NCBI GenBank assembly: GCA_951406725.2
Contig: OX597816.1
Location: forward strand, 69,564,001-69,628,000
Direction of reading: 5' to 3'
Source of the DNA: Octopus vulgaris
Taxonomy: Eukaryota
Length of the DNA stretch: 64,000 nucleotides
In this document: in pieces, positions 38,634 to 50,335 of the stretch
Layout: each line of letters begins with the position of its first letter
Position numbering within the stretch: position 1 is the stretch's first letter
Notes under the pieces: model-generated
Seen by the model: the letters and a program-made list of their open reading frames with translations, nothing else
Databases searched by the model: none
Told to the model about the DNA's origin: nothing
Made by a program: the position numbers and the translations under genes

Positions 38634-41335
38634 ATTTCCTGTTCAAAGCAAAGATGTTTGCATATATTTTATCATTGAACTTCGTATTGTTATCGTATAA
38701 ATAAGAAAATAGCGGTTATTAAAGGCGAGTTAGATATTTTTGACTATAACGAATAATCTGTTATTTAAAATTTTACATTTATATGGTATGATGATCGTTT
38801 TAATTTTTTCTGTCTGTTCTTTTATCATGGAAGCATAATTCTGACATTTTTACGGTTTCCGTTTTAAGTCATTCCATAAATATTTCCGTCATATTCTTCT
38901 TAGATTTTTTTTCTCTATCTTCGAAGTCGAGGAATATATTAGCTGCAAAACTAAATGCGAAACAAAATAAAATTGTCCTGCCTGAAATACAAATGTGCAT
39001 ATAATTTGTGTTTTCTTTTAGCCGTTAAACACATCAAAATACTGTTTCTCTGCTTTCAGTTAAAACAAACATGATCAATAATTTTTCCTGTGAAATATCA
39101 ACTAATACAATGTGTGTCAACATTCAGGACACGCTATTCATTAAATGTGTATAGCACCTTTGAATCATTGCATATCAAATGAAAGCAAAGTTATAAACGG
39201 GACTGTAAACTGCATGTTAATTCTGTAGTAAAATCGCACTTACCTAATTTTATGATGCTTTAAAAATTCTTCGACGCTCTAGTCGTATTAGTGGGCTTAG
39301 GAATAATTTGTCTAGAGTCTAGACTAATTTTTTCTAAGCCCACTCATATTACTTTCATCTCCTGATCTAGTTAAATCATATTAAATTTTGATCAACGCTT
39401 TTAACGCCAAAATTTATCTGTTTTTTGCGGTATATTTTCCTATGTAAATTTAACTTCCATGCTGAAATTTATCTGCATTAAATTCTTTCAGTCTTTCCTT
39501 TTGACTTATTGATGAGAAGTTGAGTCGAACGTAGGTACTGTCACGTTCTAGAAGGCAGCTTAATATTTATTGTGGGTTGTAAAACTTGATTTTATTATTA
39601 CAACTGAAATAAAAGTTACAATAGCATATGTTTTGTAAGTCATCACAGAAGTATATAAAATTTCAATAACACAGTTAATTTACGAATCACTTTTTAACGA
39701 ATCTACAAATAATTCCTAACTCTGTCTACAAAAGTTATATTTATGCTCGAAGTCCATCTGGACAAAAGTAGCAATGAAAACGTCCTTTGTAAGATTTGCA
39801 TCTCAAGATTTTTTCCCTCTCACCAGACTTATAGTTTTAACATCACTTCGAAACAATGTTGTCGCTAAACATTCATTTTGTTTTTGAATTAGTAAAAATT
39901 TTATCATTTCGATGAAAAATTAGGATGTGAATTTGGGACATTAACGTTTATCCTGTGGTGATTAACGACATACACAAATTTCTACCAATTTAAAACTTAA
40001 GTCGGTGGAAATTTTATGTCAGGAAATGTCATCACGTTTTAATCTCTATAGTCGAATGATTGTAATTTTGTTGCCCCAAGTTGGCAAGCAGAGCTTAAAC
40101 GTAGGTGTACAATTCGATTTACATTCTCGTAGTACCGCTATGTTATTCTTGCAGCTTTTTACATACAGTTCATAGTACATGCTCTGATATACTGATGATG
40201 AATTCCCTAGTAAAGGCAGTGAGTGTGAAATTAATAACGAAGTCTGTCTCCTTCAGCGTTTGTCGCTTACATACAACTACAACGAATGGAAACTAATGAT
40301 GGTACTGCTGCCGTTAATAGTTTTTGCATGTGTATGTTATTTATTTCATATTGCTCCTGACTATATCGGAGAGATGGACTTTAGGTACAAGAGTTTCTTT
40401 GGATTACTTATTTAACTTAAGTGTTTGTAATGTTTGGACTGTAATGTTTGAAGATTAGTATATGCCCGGGTATAATTTTATACCTGACCAAGTGGTTTAA
40501 AAGCAGTTATTAGAACCTAATGTCCCTTGAATAATAGATGACAGTTTCACGTTACCAACTACTCAAACTATTAAAATAAGGAAGAATCGCATCGATGTAT
40601 TAGCAAAAATATCTGTAAACTCATCGATATATATTTATATATATTTAATTCGTTTCCGATGCACCTTTAGGCAATGTATCAATGTATCCCTCGACTCACT
40701 TGTTGTACACAATATACGTGATATATTCGGGCATTTGTATGAAAAATTATGCGATATTTGTCTGCTTTCCATATCGTGTGCAAAGTATAAAGAAGACCAT
40801 GACCTAAGTCTTAGAGTCGATCAATTAGGAGTTACTTTTTTAATATTTAAACATTAGTGAGAAATAGAATACGTTAATAAGTTCGTGGATGCAAAATGTC
40901 AATAAGTATCAATGGAAGAACTCAGTAAATCCATTTATTTGCTTCACATTAAAACAGCATAATAGAATATATATTTCTCCGACAGAGAAAGATCACAAGT
41001 TCTCGGGCGATTAATTTAGAATATGTCATTTATAATGACTTAATCTAATTCAATATTGTTTATATATTCATCAATTAGAGACAGAAGACATATAACATTG
41101 ATAATGGCTCATAGGATAGGCATCTTCAACGGTATTACAAATAGCTATAAACACCACAACAAATTAAAGAAAGAAATATACTGGACTGAAGATTGACTTG
41201 AGATGTAAAGATTGAGGATTACTTGAACACGTATTAGTTTAAGCTTCATTAAAATGCTTTTGTTTCCCAACCTAAATATATATTAAGTCAGGGGAGAGAG
41301 AGAGAAAGTGAGAGAGAGAGAGGCAGAGAGAGAGG

Positions 41336-41921
41336 AAGGCAGCGAGCTGGCAGAAACGTTAGCACGCCGGGTGAAATGCGTAGCCGTATTTCGTCTGCCG
41401 TTACGTTCTGAGTTCAAATTATGCCGAGGTCGATTTGCCTTTCATCCTTTCGGGGTCGATTAAACAAGTACCAGTTACGCACTGGGGTCGATATAATCGA
41501 CTTAATCCGTTTGCCTGTCTTCCTTTGTCCCCTCTGTGTTTAGCCCCTTGTGGGTAGTAAAGAAATAGGTATTTCGTCTGCCGTTACGTTCTGAGTTCAA
41601 ATTCCGCCGAGGTCGTAATTGCATTCATCATTTCGGGATCGATAAATTAAGTACCAGTTACGCACTGGGGTCGAGGTAATCGACTTAATCCGTTTGTCTG
41701 TCCTTTCTGTGTTTAGCCCCTTGTAGGTAGTAAAGAAATAGGTATTTCGTCTGCCGCTACGTTCTGCGTTCAAATTCCGCCGTGGTCGATTTTGCCTTTC
41801 ATCATTTTGGGGTCGATTAAGTAAGTACCATTTACTCACTGGGGTTGATATAATCGACTTATTCCATTTGTCTGTCCTTGTTTGTCCCCTCTGTGTGTAG
41901 CCCCTTGTGAGCAATAAAAAA
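41336..41921 (+). mobile_element. SINE family A, trimer in a (GA)n tract
   Basis: One head plus three body units joined at AAAGAAATAGGTATTTCGTCTGCCG (about 41560 and 41733). Confidence 0.9.
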
Positions 41922-42101
41922 TGAGAGAGAAAGGAAGAAACACACAGAGAAAATTAGGAAGAGTGTTTGTAGATATTTGAGATTCCATAATTTCTGGCAT
42001 GAAAATGTCACTTCTGTTTGTAGAATAATGCTTTGTTACCGTGTAAAATAAAGTAAATTGAAAGTTTCAGTATGTTTAGGTAAATATGAACAATCCTCCA
42101 G

Positions 42102-42530
42102 TAGGTGCACGTGTGACAGTGCGGTAGTACAGTTGCTTCCAAACCACATGGTTCCGGGCTCAGTCACACTGCGTGGCACTTTGGCTCAATGTCTTCCTCT
42201 ATTACCTCGAGCTCACAAAAGCCTTGTGAGTACATTTGTTAGACGAAAAGTGAAAAAAAGCATCATATATATGTTAATGTGTGCGTGTGTGTGTGCGTGT
42301 ACATCTTTATGTCTATCCTGGTTCCTCATCACGCCTTAACAACCGGTGTTTGTGTGTTTACGTCCCTATAAGTTAAAGGTTCGGCAAAACAGAACGACAA
42401 AATCAGCTCAGGGATTTACAAAGCAAAAAGAAAAAAATTAAGTACCGGAGTCGATTCATTTAACTAACATTCTTCAAAGCAGTGCCTCAGTGTAGCAGCA
42501 GTCTAATGGATGAAATAAGTAAGAGATCAA
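42102..42530 (+). mobile_element. SINE family B, diverged full-length copy
   Basis: AACCACATGGTTCCGGGCTCAGTCACACTGCGTGGCACTTTGG...AAGCCTTGTGAGT...CAGTCTAATGGATGAAATAAGTAAGAGA. Confidence 0.82.
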
Positions 42531-42952
42531 ATTTAAAAGAAACACTGGGAAAATGGGTGATGAATAAACAGTTTTTGGTTTAGCGAAGAATTGTCCAATT
42601 AACACCTTATGTCAACAACACATTTAATGACGGGAACTTCAAACTTAGAATACGCTGCAAAGAAAAACACAGACGTTTTGCTAAAGATTAATATTCATAA
42701 CGGCAAAAGTCTGAATATTAGAAAATATAATCCCCTCCTATAGTTTAAATATTCATGCCCTGCAGTCAGAAATCTCTAGCATTTTATAAATAGGTGCAGG
42801 CATGACTGCGTAGTGAATAAGCTCGTATAGTAAATGTGTACCTTCGTGTTTAGTTCCACTGAGAAGCACCTTCATTATACTACTATAACCCGAGACTGAC
42901 CAATGAGACGGGAGGGAATTTGGCGTATGGACACAAGGGACTGAGGGCTTAT

Positions 42953-43018
<66 letters not shown>

Positions 43019-43103
43019 TTTGGCGTATATCTGTCTCTTTCTCTATCTCTCTCTCACTATATATATATATGTATGTATATGTATATATATATAATTATAT
43101 ATT

Positions 43104-43168
43104 GTTGAATGGCGGTGCCACAGCACGGCCACAGCTCGTGACCTGAAACTAGATAAAATGAAAAAAAA

Positions 43169-43172
<4 letters not shown>
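43104..43172 (+). mobile_element. Ultra-short LINE/SINE 3'-tail insertion
   Basis: TGAATGGCGGTGCCACAGCACGGCCACAGCTCGTGACCTGAAACTAGATAAAATGAAAAAAAATGAA. Confidence 0.75.
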
Positions 43173-43220
<48 letters not shown>

Positions 43221-43237
43221 TATGTATACGAGGCATT

Positions 43238-43410
43238 GGTTTGAAGAATTTTAGTTAAATGAATCGACTCCGGTACTTAATTTTTTTCTTTTTTGTTTTC
43301 TAAATCCTCGAGCTGATTTTGTCGTTCTGTTTTGCCGAACATTTAACTTAGAGGAACGTAAACATACTAACACCGGTTGTTAAGGGGTGATGAGGAACCA
43401 GGATAGGCAT
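43238..43410 (-). repeat. Inverted copy of 42310-42480 (SINE B segment)
   Basis: Shares ATCCTGGTTCCTCATCAC, TTCGGCAAAACAGAACGACAAAATCAGCTC and AATTAAGTACCGGAGTCGATTCATTTAACTAA in reverse complement. Confidence 0.88.
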
Positions 43411-43687
43411 ATATATATATTTATATATATATATATCTTTTAAATTTCTTTATGGTAATGTTTTAAATATGCAAATAAAGTACCTATTCCATTATGTCGA
43501 CCAACGACTAGTGAACCAGCTTTTTGTGGCTGCATCAAGTCATGCCGATATAATGTGGGATAAATATAATAATAATAATAAAAATAATCCTTGGACGGAA
43601 TTTATAGAGATTTAAGGAATTGTGGAGACACGGGTGGCGATGCGTTAAATAATTACAAATTCCATCGTAAGATCGTTGTTATTATAC

Positions 43688-44497
43688 AAACCACTTTGAA
43701 TTTGCATTCCATTAACATAAGTTTGAATGCTAGGTAAATGAATAAAAATGATTTCATAAATTTATGGTTAATCCTAAATCTTCAGATATCTGGTTTAGTA
43801 ATAAATACACTGCCTTTATCAGTAGGGTATTCCGAACGTTCATAAATGAAAATACATATACATACCTTTAAAAATACACACGTATGAATACGAATTTATA
43901 CATATATTTAAACGTATATACGAAGTAAAATCGTATTCTCCATCTTAACCAAATACATATTTGATCAGAATAATACCGCAGTAAATATAACGACCAGAGT
44001 GAAAACATATACATTCATACATAATTAAGGAAACAAATCATTAGAAATTCGTGATTTTATAAGTGGGCAACATATAATAAAACCATATAGGTAAAATTAA
44101 TATATAAATACATAATTATACAGTTATAACTATAATTAAGGGTACTGAAGGAACAGCACATATATCCTAGAAATAGATGTCAAATGACTATAAACCACAT
44201 TGAATTCACACTCCATGAGCACAAGTTTGAATGCCAGGAAAATGGATAAAAAAGATTTCGTAAAATTGTGGTTAACCCTAAATTTTCAGATTTCTGGTTT
44301 AGTAATAACTACACTACATTTATCAGTAGGGTATACTGAACGCTTAAAAATGAAAATACCTATACATACCTATACATATAAACGCATATAAATACGAATT
44401 TATACATATATTTACACATGTATACGAAGCAAAATCCGATTGTCCATCTCAACCACGTGCATATTTGATCAGAATAATACCGCAAGAAATATACAAG
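43688..44497. repeat. Diverged direct duplication of about 300 bp (43688-43990 and 44191-44497)
   Basis: Shared blocks AAGTTTGAATGC, TCTGGTTTAGTAATAA.TACACT, TTTATCAGTAGGGTAT, AATACGAATTTATACATATATT, CATATTTGATCAGAATAATACCGCA. Confidence 0.9.
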
Positions 44498-45125
44498 TGG
44501 AATATATATATATTTGCGTTTATATTCGTGAAGTTTTACGTATTAATTTATCTGTTTGTCATTAAACTCCGGGAAAGTCGTTATTGTTTTGTTCTCATCT
44601 CCATAACTGATCGATTCAGTTACAAGACCGACCAATTTAGTATCAAGCTTAAAAAGACTATAAGTACTGGGTTAGATTATCTGTTTGATTAAACCATTGA
44701 AGGCTATGCCTCATCACGGCCGCAGTCCAATGACTGAAGTAAGTAAAAGATAAGTCATGCAACTGAATAACGTAGATGCTATAAAATTATGTTAGAAATT
44801 GTATTAACGAAAACAACTGTAGGAAATAAAACCTTAGATGTTTCCCTAGTATACACAGAACAAATTTCCTCAGTAGTATAATTAGAGTAGCTTTCGTGTC
44901 TGTGCTGCCACCGGTGTATATCAGTAAGGAATTAGATATTCGAGCTAAAATATATTTGACGAAAATAAAAATAGCGAACACAATGCTATACAGGGTTTAT
45001 GAATAATCCTGTTCGAATAACAATCTCGCAATATATTTACACGTTCAGACCTTTCAAAAAGTAACACTTCTCAACACTAACTATACGTATATATACATAT
45101 GTGTGTGTTTGTATGTATATATACA

Positions 45126-45200
<75 letters not shown>

Positions 45201-45361
45201 GTTTGCATATGTATGCATATATATATATATACACACAAACATACATACATACATATCATTATAGATATAGGGTAAAGAATTATTAATTTAATAATTAATA
45301 CATTTTACTGAGTAGTTCGGTATGGAAAGTGTTTTTACAATTATGTGTACATGCATACACA

Positions 45362-45441
<80 letters not shown>

Positions 45442-45462
45442 TGTTACATTACTCGGTAGTCA

Positions 45463-45525
45463 AGATAAAACTCTGAGTTTCAGATGCCGAAGTGGAAATC
45501 CACAACACCATCTCATCGGTTATCT
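45463..45525 (-). ncRNA. Type-I hammerhead-like motif, left arm
   Basis: Minus strand: AGAUAA-CCGAUGA-GAUG...CAUC-U-GAAA-CUCAGAG-UU-UUAUCU; perfect 6-bp stem I. Confidence 0.68.
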
Positions 45526-45583
45526 GGCTATTTGAAAACGTTATGAAAAAATAGATATTTTTTCATAACGTTTTCAAATAGCC

Positions 45584-45646
45584 AGATAACCGAGGAGATG
45601 GTGTTGTGGATTTCCACTTCGGCATCTGAAACTCAGAGTTTTATTT
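45584..45646 (+). ncRNA. Type-I hammerhead-like motif, right arm
   Basis: AGAUAA-CCGAGGA-GAUG...CAUC-U-GAAA-CUCAGAG-UU-UUAUUU. Confidence 0.62.
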
Positions 45647-45742
45647 TGACTACCGAGTAATGTAACATATTGTATAGATAAATTTCCTCTATTTACATAA
45701 TATTGAGGTCTCTTTCTTTCTTTTGTTATCTTACCGTTTTAT

Positions 45743-45787
<45 letters not shown>

Positions 45788-46658
45788 TATAATCTTAAAT
45801 GTAATTTATTAAGAGTCACATGTTTATTGAAACTTTCTGTAGAGAACATCGCTTTCCATTGCAATGGCTCTGCAGTGTGTGGCACTTGTGTTCTGGGGAA
45901 CACCTTTTTAATATTTATTAAGGCAATTTCAAGTATCAATGGTCCTTAACAACTTTCATACATTTGTGTGTTTTACACGTATGATACTGAAAATTTGAAA
46001 ATATAAATGATGTTTCAAAGGGAAAGTTTAATGTATCACTATTCAGAGTGTCATAATTGAATAGACACATGCCAGATGGACTTTAATTACTTTTAGTCAA
46101 CCATTTAATCCAGGCTAAGTAGTTGCAATTCGAAGAATTAACCAATATGTTTGCTTACATATTTTCCCAATTCTTCATTTTGTTTGAGGAAGCAGCTCCC
46201 TGAAAACTGGTGAAATGTTTTACGAAGCAGCTGCTTATGATAAAATATGAAGACTTTATCTTAAGAAAAGTATTTTCTATATGTACATATATACACGTGC
46301 GTGTGTGTGTATGTGTGTGCATCTTTGTCTGTGTGGGTAGATATATATGCAGGCAGAAAGAAAGACAGATAGATGGACACATTGATAGATACGTAGATGG
46401 ATATATATATTTATATTCAATTTTATATTTATATAAATAGATTGCTATAGATATAGATAAATAGATAGATAGATAGATAGATAAACAAACAGACAGATAG
46501 AAAAAAAACGACCTTTATTAATTGAGTGGAAGATATATCGGTGAATGTAAACAGTTACCTATGGAATGAAAAAGATCAACATATCATATATCGTTACGTC
46601 AATGAACAGAGAAATTCAATTTTATATAATCATTCGTTGTTAACGAATTATATATATG

Positions 46659-46695
<37 letters not shown>

Positions 46696-46715
46696 ACATA
46701 CACACACACACAGAC

Positions 46716-46767
<52 letters not shown>

Positions 46768-48912
46768 TTAAAATGAAAAAGCAATCTTATACAATATATA
46801 TATAGTGGAGCAATGTCTCAGTTCAGTTGAAACCAGCCACTGAATATTAACTAAGCATACAGATATCCGATAACTATTGTATTCTATTATACATAGACAA
46901 TTAAATTTTATCTACACAATACTTGTATCAGGTTATTATTGTATAAAACAACTTGATAATTTAGTTAATATCTAATACTACATTTTCTGCGCGTATATTT
47001 GACTTCTGTATAGAATATTGTTATAGAATTAAATGTTAAATCTGTACTAACACTTTATTCGCCTTTTCACAATGATTCCCAGTAAAATACCGTCTAAATT
47101 GGAATGATTAGCTAGTGTGCAACCTTGCATAGGTGCGCTTATACAACTATATGCGCATATGTATAATTGTATATATATATGTATGCATGTGCTTTTGTAT
47201 GTATGTCTGTATTAGTGTGTATGCATACACACATACATATATTTATGTATGTATACATTCATACATACAAACATATGCACATTCATATTTATAGATTTGT
47301 GTGTGTCCGTGTGTGCTCCTAGCGTTAATTATTTTCTCTTTTCGTTTTCTCTCGATTAGACAATATCGTATATTTTGAATTGAAAATATAGATACATTAT
47401 AGGAACACATACAATTAAAGGTGCTTAAGTGATATATATTTCAAATAAATTCATAGTCGTGCTTAACAGATCGAAAAACTAAATTACAGAATCCATTGGT
47501 GGAACACACTGTACAGATCACTGATGACGTGTGACTTCTTTACTAAATTAATATACATTATAGACATTGGCACCAGGCCACACATTATAATACAGTCGCA
47601 GTCGATTATATGACCCATCTTTTTCTCCTTCAATACAACGTAACTTTATCAACCCTAGAATGAATGTGGGAAATGGTATCATCAGACGTAATTGATGTTA
47701 AAATTTGTAAGCCCATAATTAAATAGTTGCAGAACATTTTTTTCTTATTTCAGTATTTGAGTGACTGTCAAAGGACTGCTATTTAGTTGCTAAAATGTAG
47801 ACTTCTAGTATTGGCATAATGAAATTTATGAATAAATCGATATGAGTATACAAGAGTCATAATTTTTATCATCACTGGAAAAGCGACAAAATTTTGACAT
47901 TGGATTTTAAAACCACAACATAATTTGCGGCAAATTCAATACATCTGAAGCTCTTATAATTCTCTCTGGAATCATGTTACTAGAGGAAAATGAATTAGAG
48001 AATTTTATAATTCTTCAGAGAGATTTTCTACTCCTTTTGTTTCGTGAGTTCAAATCCAAACCGAGGCGAACCTTGTCTTTCAAATGTCAGTACATAAGCA
48101 ATTGAACAAGCACTGGGTTCGACATTACCTTTTCTATCTCGATCACGCTCCCCTTATCTCCACAAAATGGTGTACGGTTGAACAAAGATTTCTCAAATTC
48201 TCCAAAGTTAACAATCTTCCCAAGCCACGTGTGAAGCCAGATATGCCATGCGTAGACGAGCAGTCATGTTATAACCCAAGGAAGGTTAAGAATAATCTTA
48301 TTAAAGACGCAGCAACTTTTGAATCGAGAGAGCATACATGAAATGATGTCAAATACTCTAGAAAACAAGCAAAATAAAAAAAAAAAAAAGTTAAATTTTA
48401 TTAAACTTATTACTGTTATGTTGAGTTTTTATATATGATGTTATTAACGATGTTTGCTGTTAGCCTTGAACGAGCAAACACGATTAAAGATATTCTGCTA
48501 AACTCCCGATTTCCTTTTTCCTTATATACTGAAACTTCAGCTACAATATTTACGTTTTTCCATTTCGATAACTTGCAATTTGAAGGAGTTTTCGATGTTA
48601 TTGGTACAGACTGAGAAATCTATTGCTCGCTTTATGTCATTCAGTCCATTCTGTAGGTAAATATATTTTCTACCTATACGAGTATTTTTACTATTCTTCA
48701 TATACTCGCGTCAGTCATTGAACTGCAGCTATGCCGGTGCACCATCTTGCGTAATTTAACCAGATAAATCGATCCCTGTAACTATTCTCATGTCTGATAG
48801 TTATTCTATCGGTCGACTCCGCTGAACCGCTAGCTTAGGTGAAAATAAACAAAAGAAAATCAGGTTTTCAAACGGGTGGGGATCAAAAGCATAGAAATTC
48901 ACACACATACTA

Positions 48913-49004
<92 letters not shown>

Positions 49005-49897
49005 TGACTTTCAACAAAGTTTCAGGCTGCACAATTCATTCACCAGGCAACAGTCGGCCCGGTGTTGCGCAATAGTTTTGTACTTGAAACCAAGTCATTG
49101 CGCAGGCAGATTCTTACCCCTACACCCAACAGAACCATGACTTGGCTTTTTGGAAAATTTTCCATTCTCTTACCATTATATGTGCTAGCATGTATATTTT
49201 AGTGGCCACTTGTTGGGCAATAATTTCATCCGAAACAGTGTGTTCAACGCCAAACAATTACATAGATACAGACATTTGATAAAACCCAAATGTGTTCTGT
49301 TCAGTTTTACTTTATATTTTAAAAGTACATTGCATGTTAAAAATTACGAGCAACACCAGTAGTTCCTTCGGGGTCCTTAGCCAAGCCCAATTTCCTTCAA
49401 GCATTTTATTTAGTGTAAGGGCTCTATCTGACAAGATAACTTCCGCCCGCCTGTCTAAAAGGCCGTTAAAACGAAATATTTTTTTCGCTGCCTTTATTTC
49501 CCTCTACAATCGGTAAGAAAATTCCATTGTAAATATTAAAAATTTTTGCATTACATGACTCCGCGGTCGTAGACGGAATTCTATTACAAATATTGAATAT
49601 TGGTTCCTGGAAAAAATTTCCTGATCTCGAGTGAAGGGGTATTCTCTTTCGTTCTTCATGTATATTTTTGTTATTAGCTCCTTTCAACTGGAAGTATGCC
49701 ATCCTATTATGTGAATTAATTATTTACATGATGATAAGTTTTGTTTGTTTAACTTTTAAACTGTGCGTCTATTGCATATGACATCAAGCCAATTCCAAAT
49801 ACAATTCATGTTTGTCATCCTTCTCTATGTGCATTGTCTATGTTTCTATTTAATTTATTACACCAGTAGGACATACTTTGGTTTCTGGATCACAAAC

Positions 49898-49956
<59 letters not shown>

Positions 49957-50335
49957 CATATATATATACATATACGTATACACACACTTAGATACTGGTA
50001 ATGAAAGATTATTTCCCCCAGAGTTTGCAGATGGACAATGGTGAAACCGAAAATTTTCATTTTCTATTTTGTATAACGTCAGGAAAATAACTTCATCTAA
50101 ATCAAGCATAACATGCATTTTGCATAATAACATATTTTTATTCGGAAAAGTTAGTAAAATGTTTAGATGCCGGTAGATTTCCGTGAGATGCGATTTTGAT
50201 ATAGAAGGTATGCGTTTTCTTTATTGAAATTTCAGGTTTTGAAAATGTTTGTCATCAGATTTTTGTTATATGCTTTTTGAGAGTGTTTCAAAACAACAAC
50301 CAGTAAGTCCAAGCTATTTCCTCATTCCTATAGAT

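Larger units (their letters stand above)
45438..45671. repeat. 234-bp near-perfect palindrome (inverted Penelope-like pLTR) with a hammerhead motif in each arm
   Basis: Arms 45438-45552 and 45557-45671, two mismatches seen by eye, 4-nt spacer AGAT; flanked by (TA)n at about 45396-45434 and 45765. Confidence 0.92.

Noticed and set aside
41336-41921. CRISPR-like or satellite array
   Set aside because: Units are ~175-bp SINE bodies with no unique spacers; eukaryotic context and no cas genes.
49466-49702. STTAESCNAKI, reminiscent of ISL3 or MULE transposase motifs
   Set aside because: A single short motif with no other domain features or termini; likely chance.
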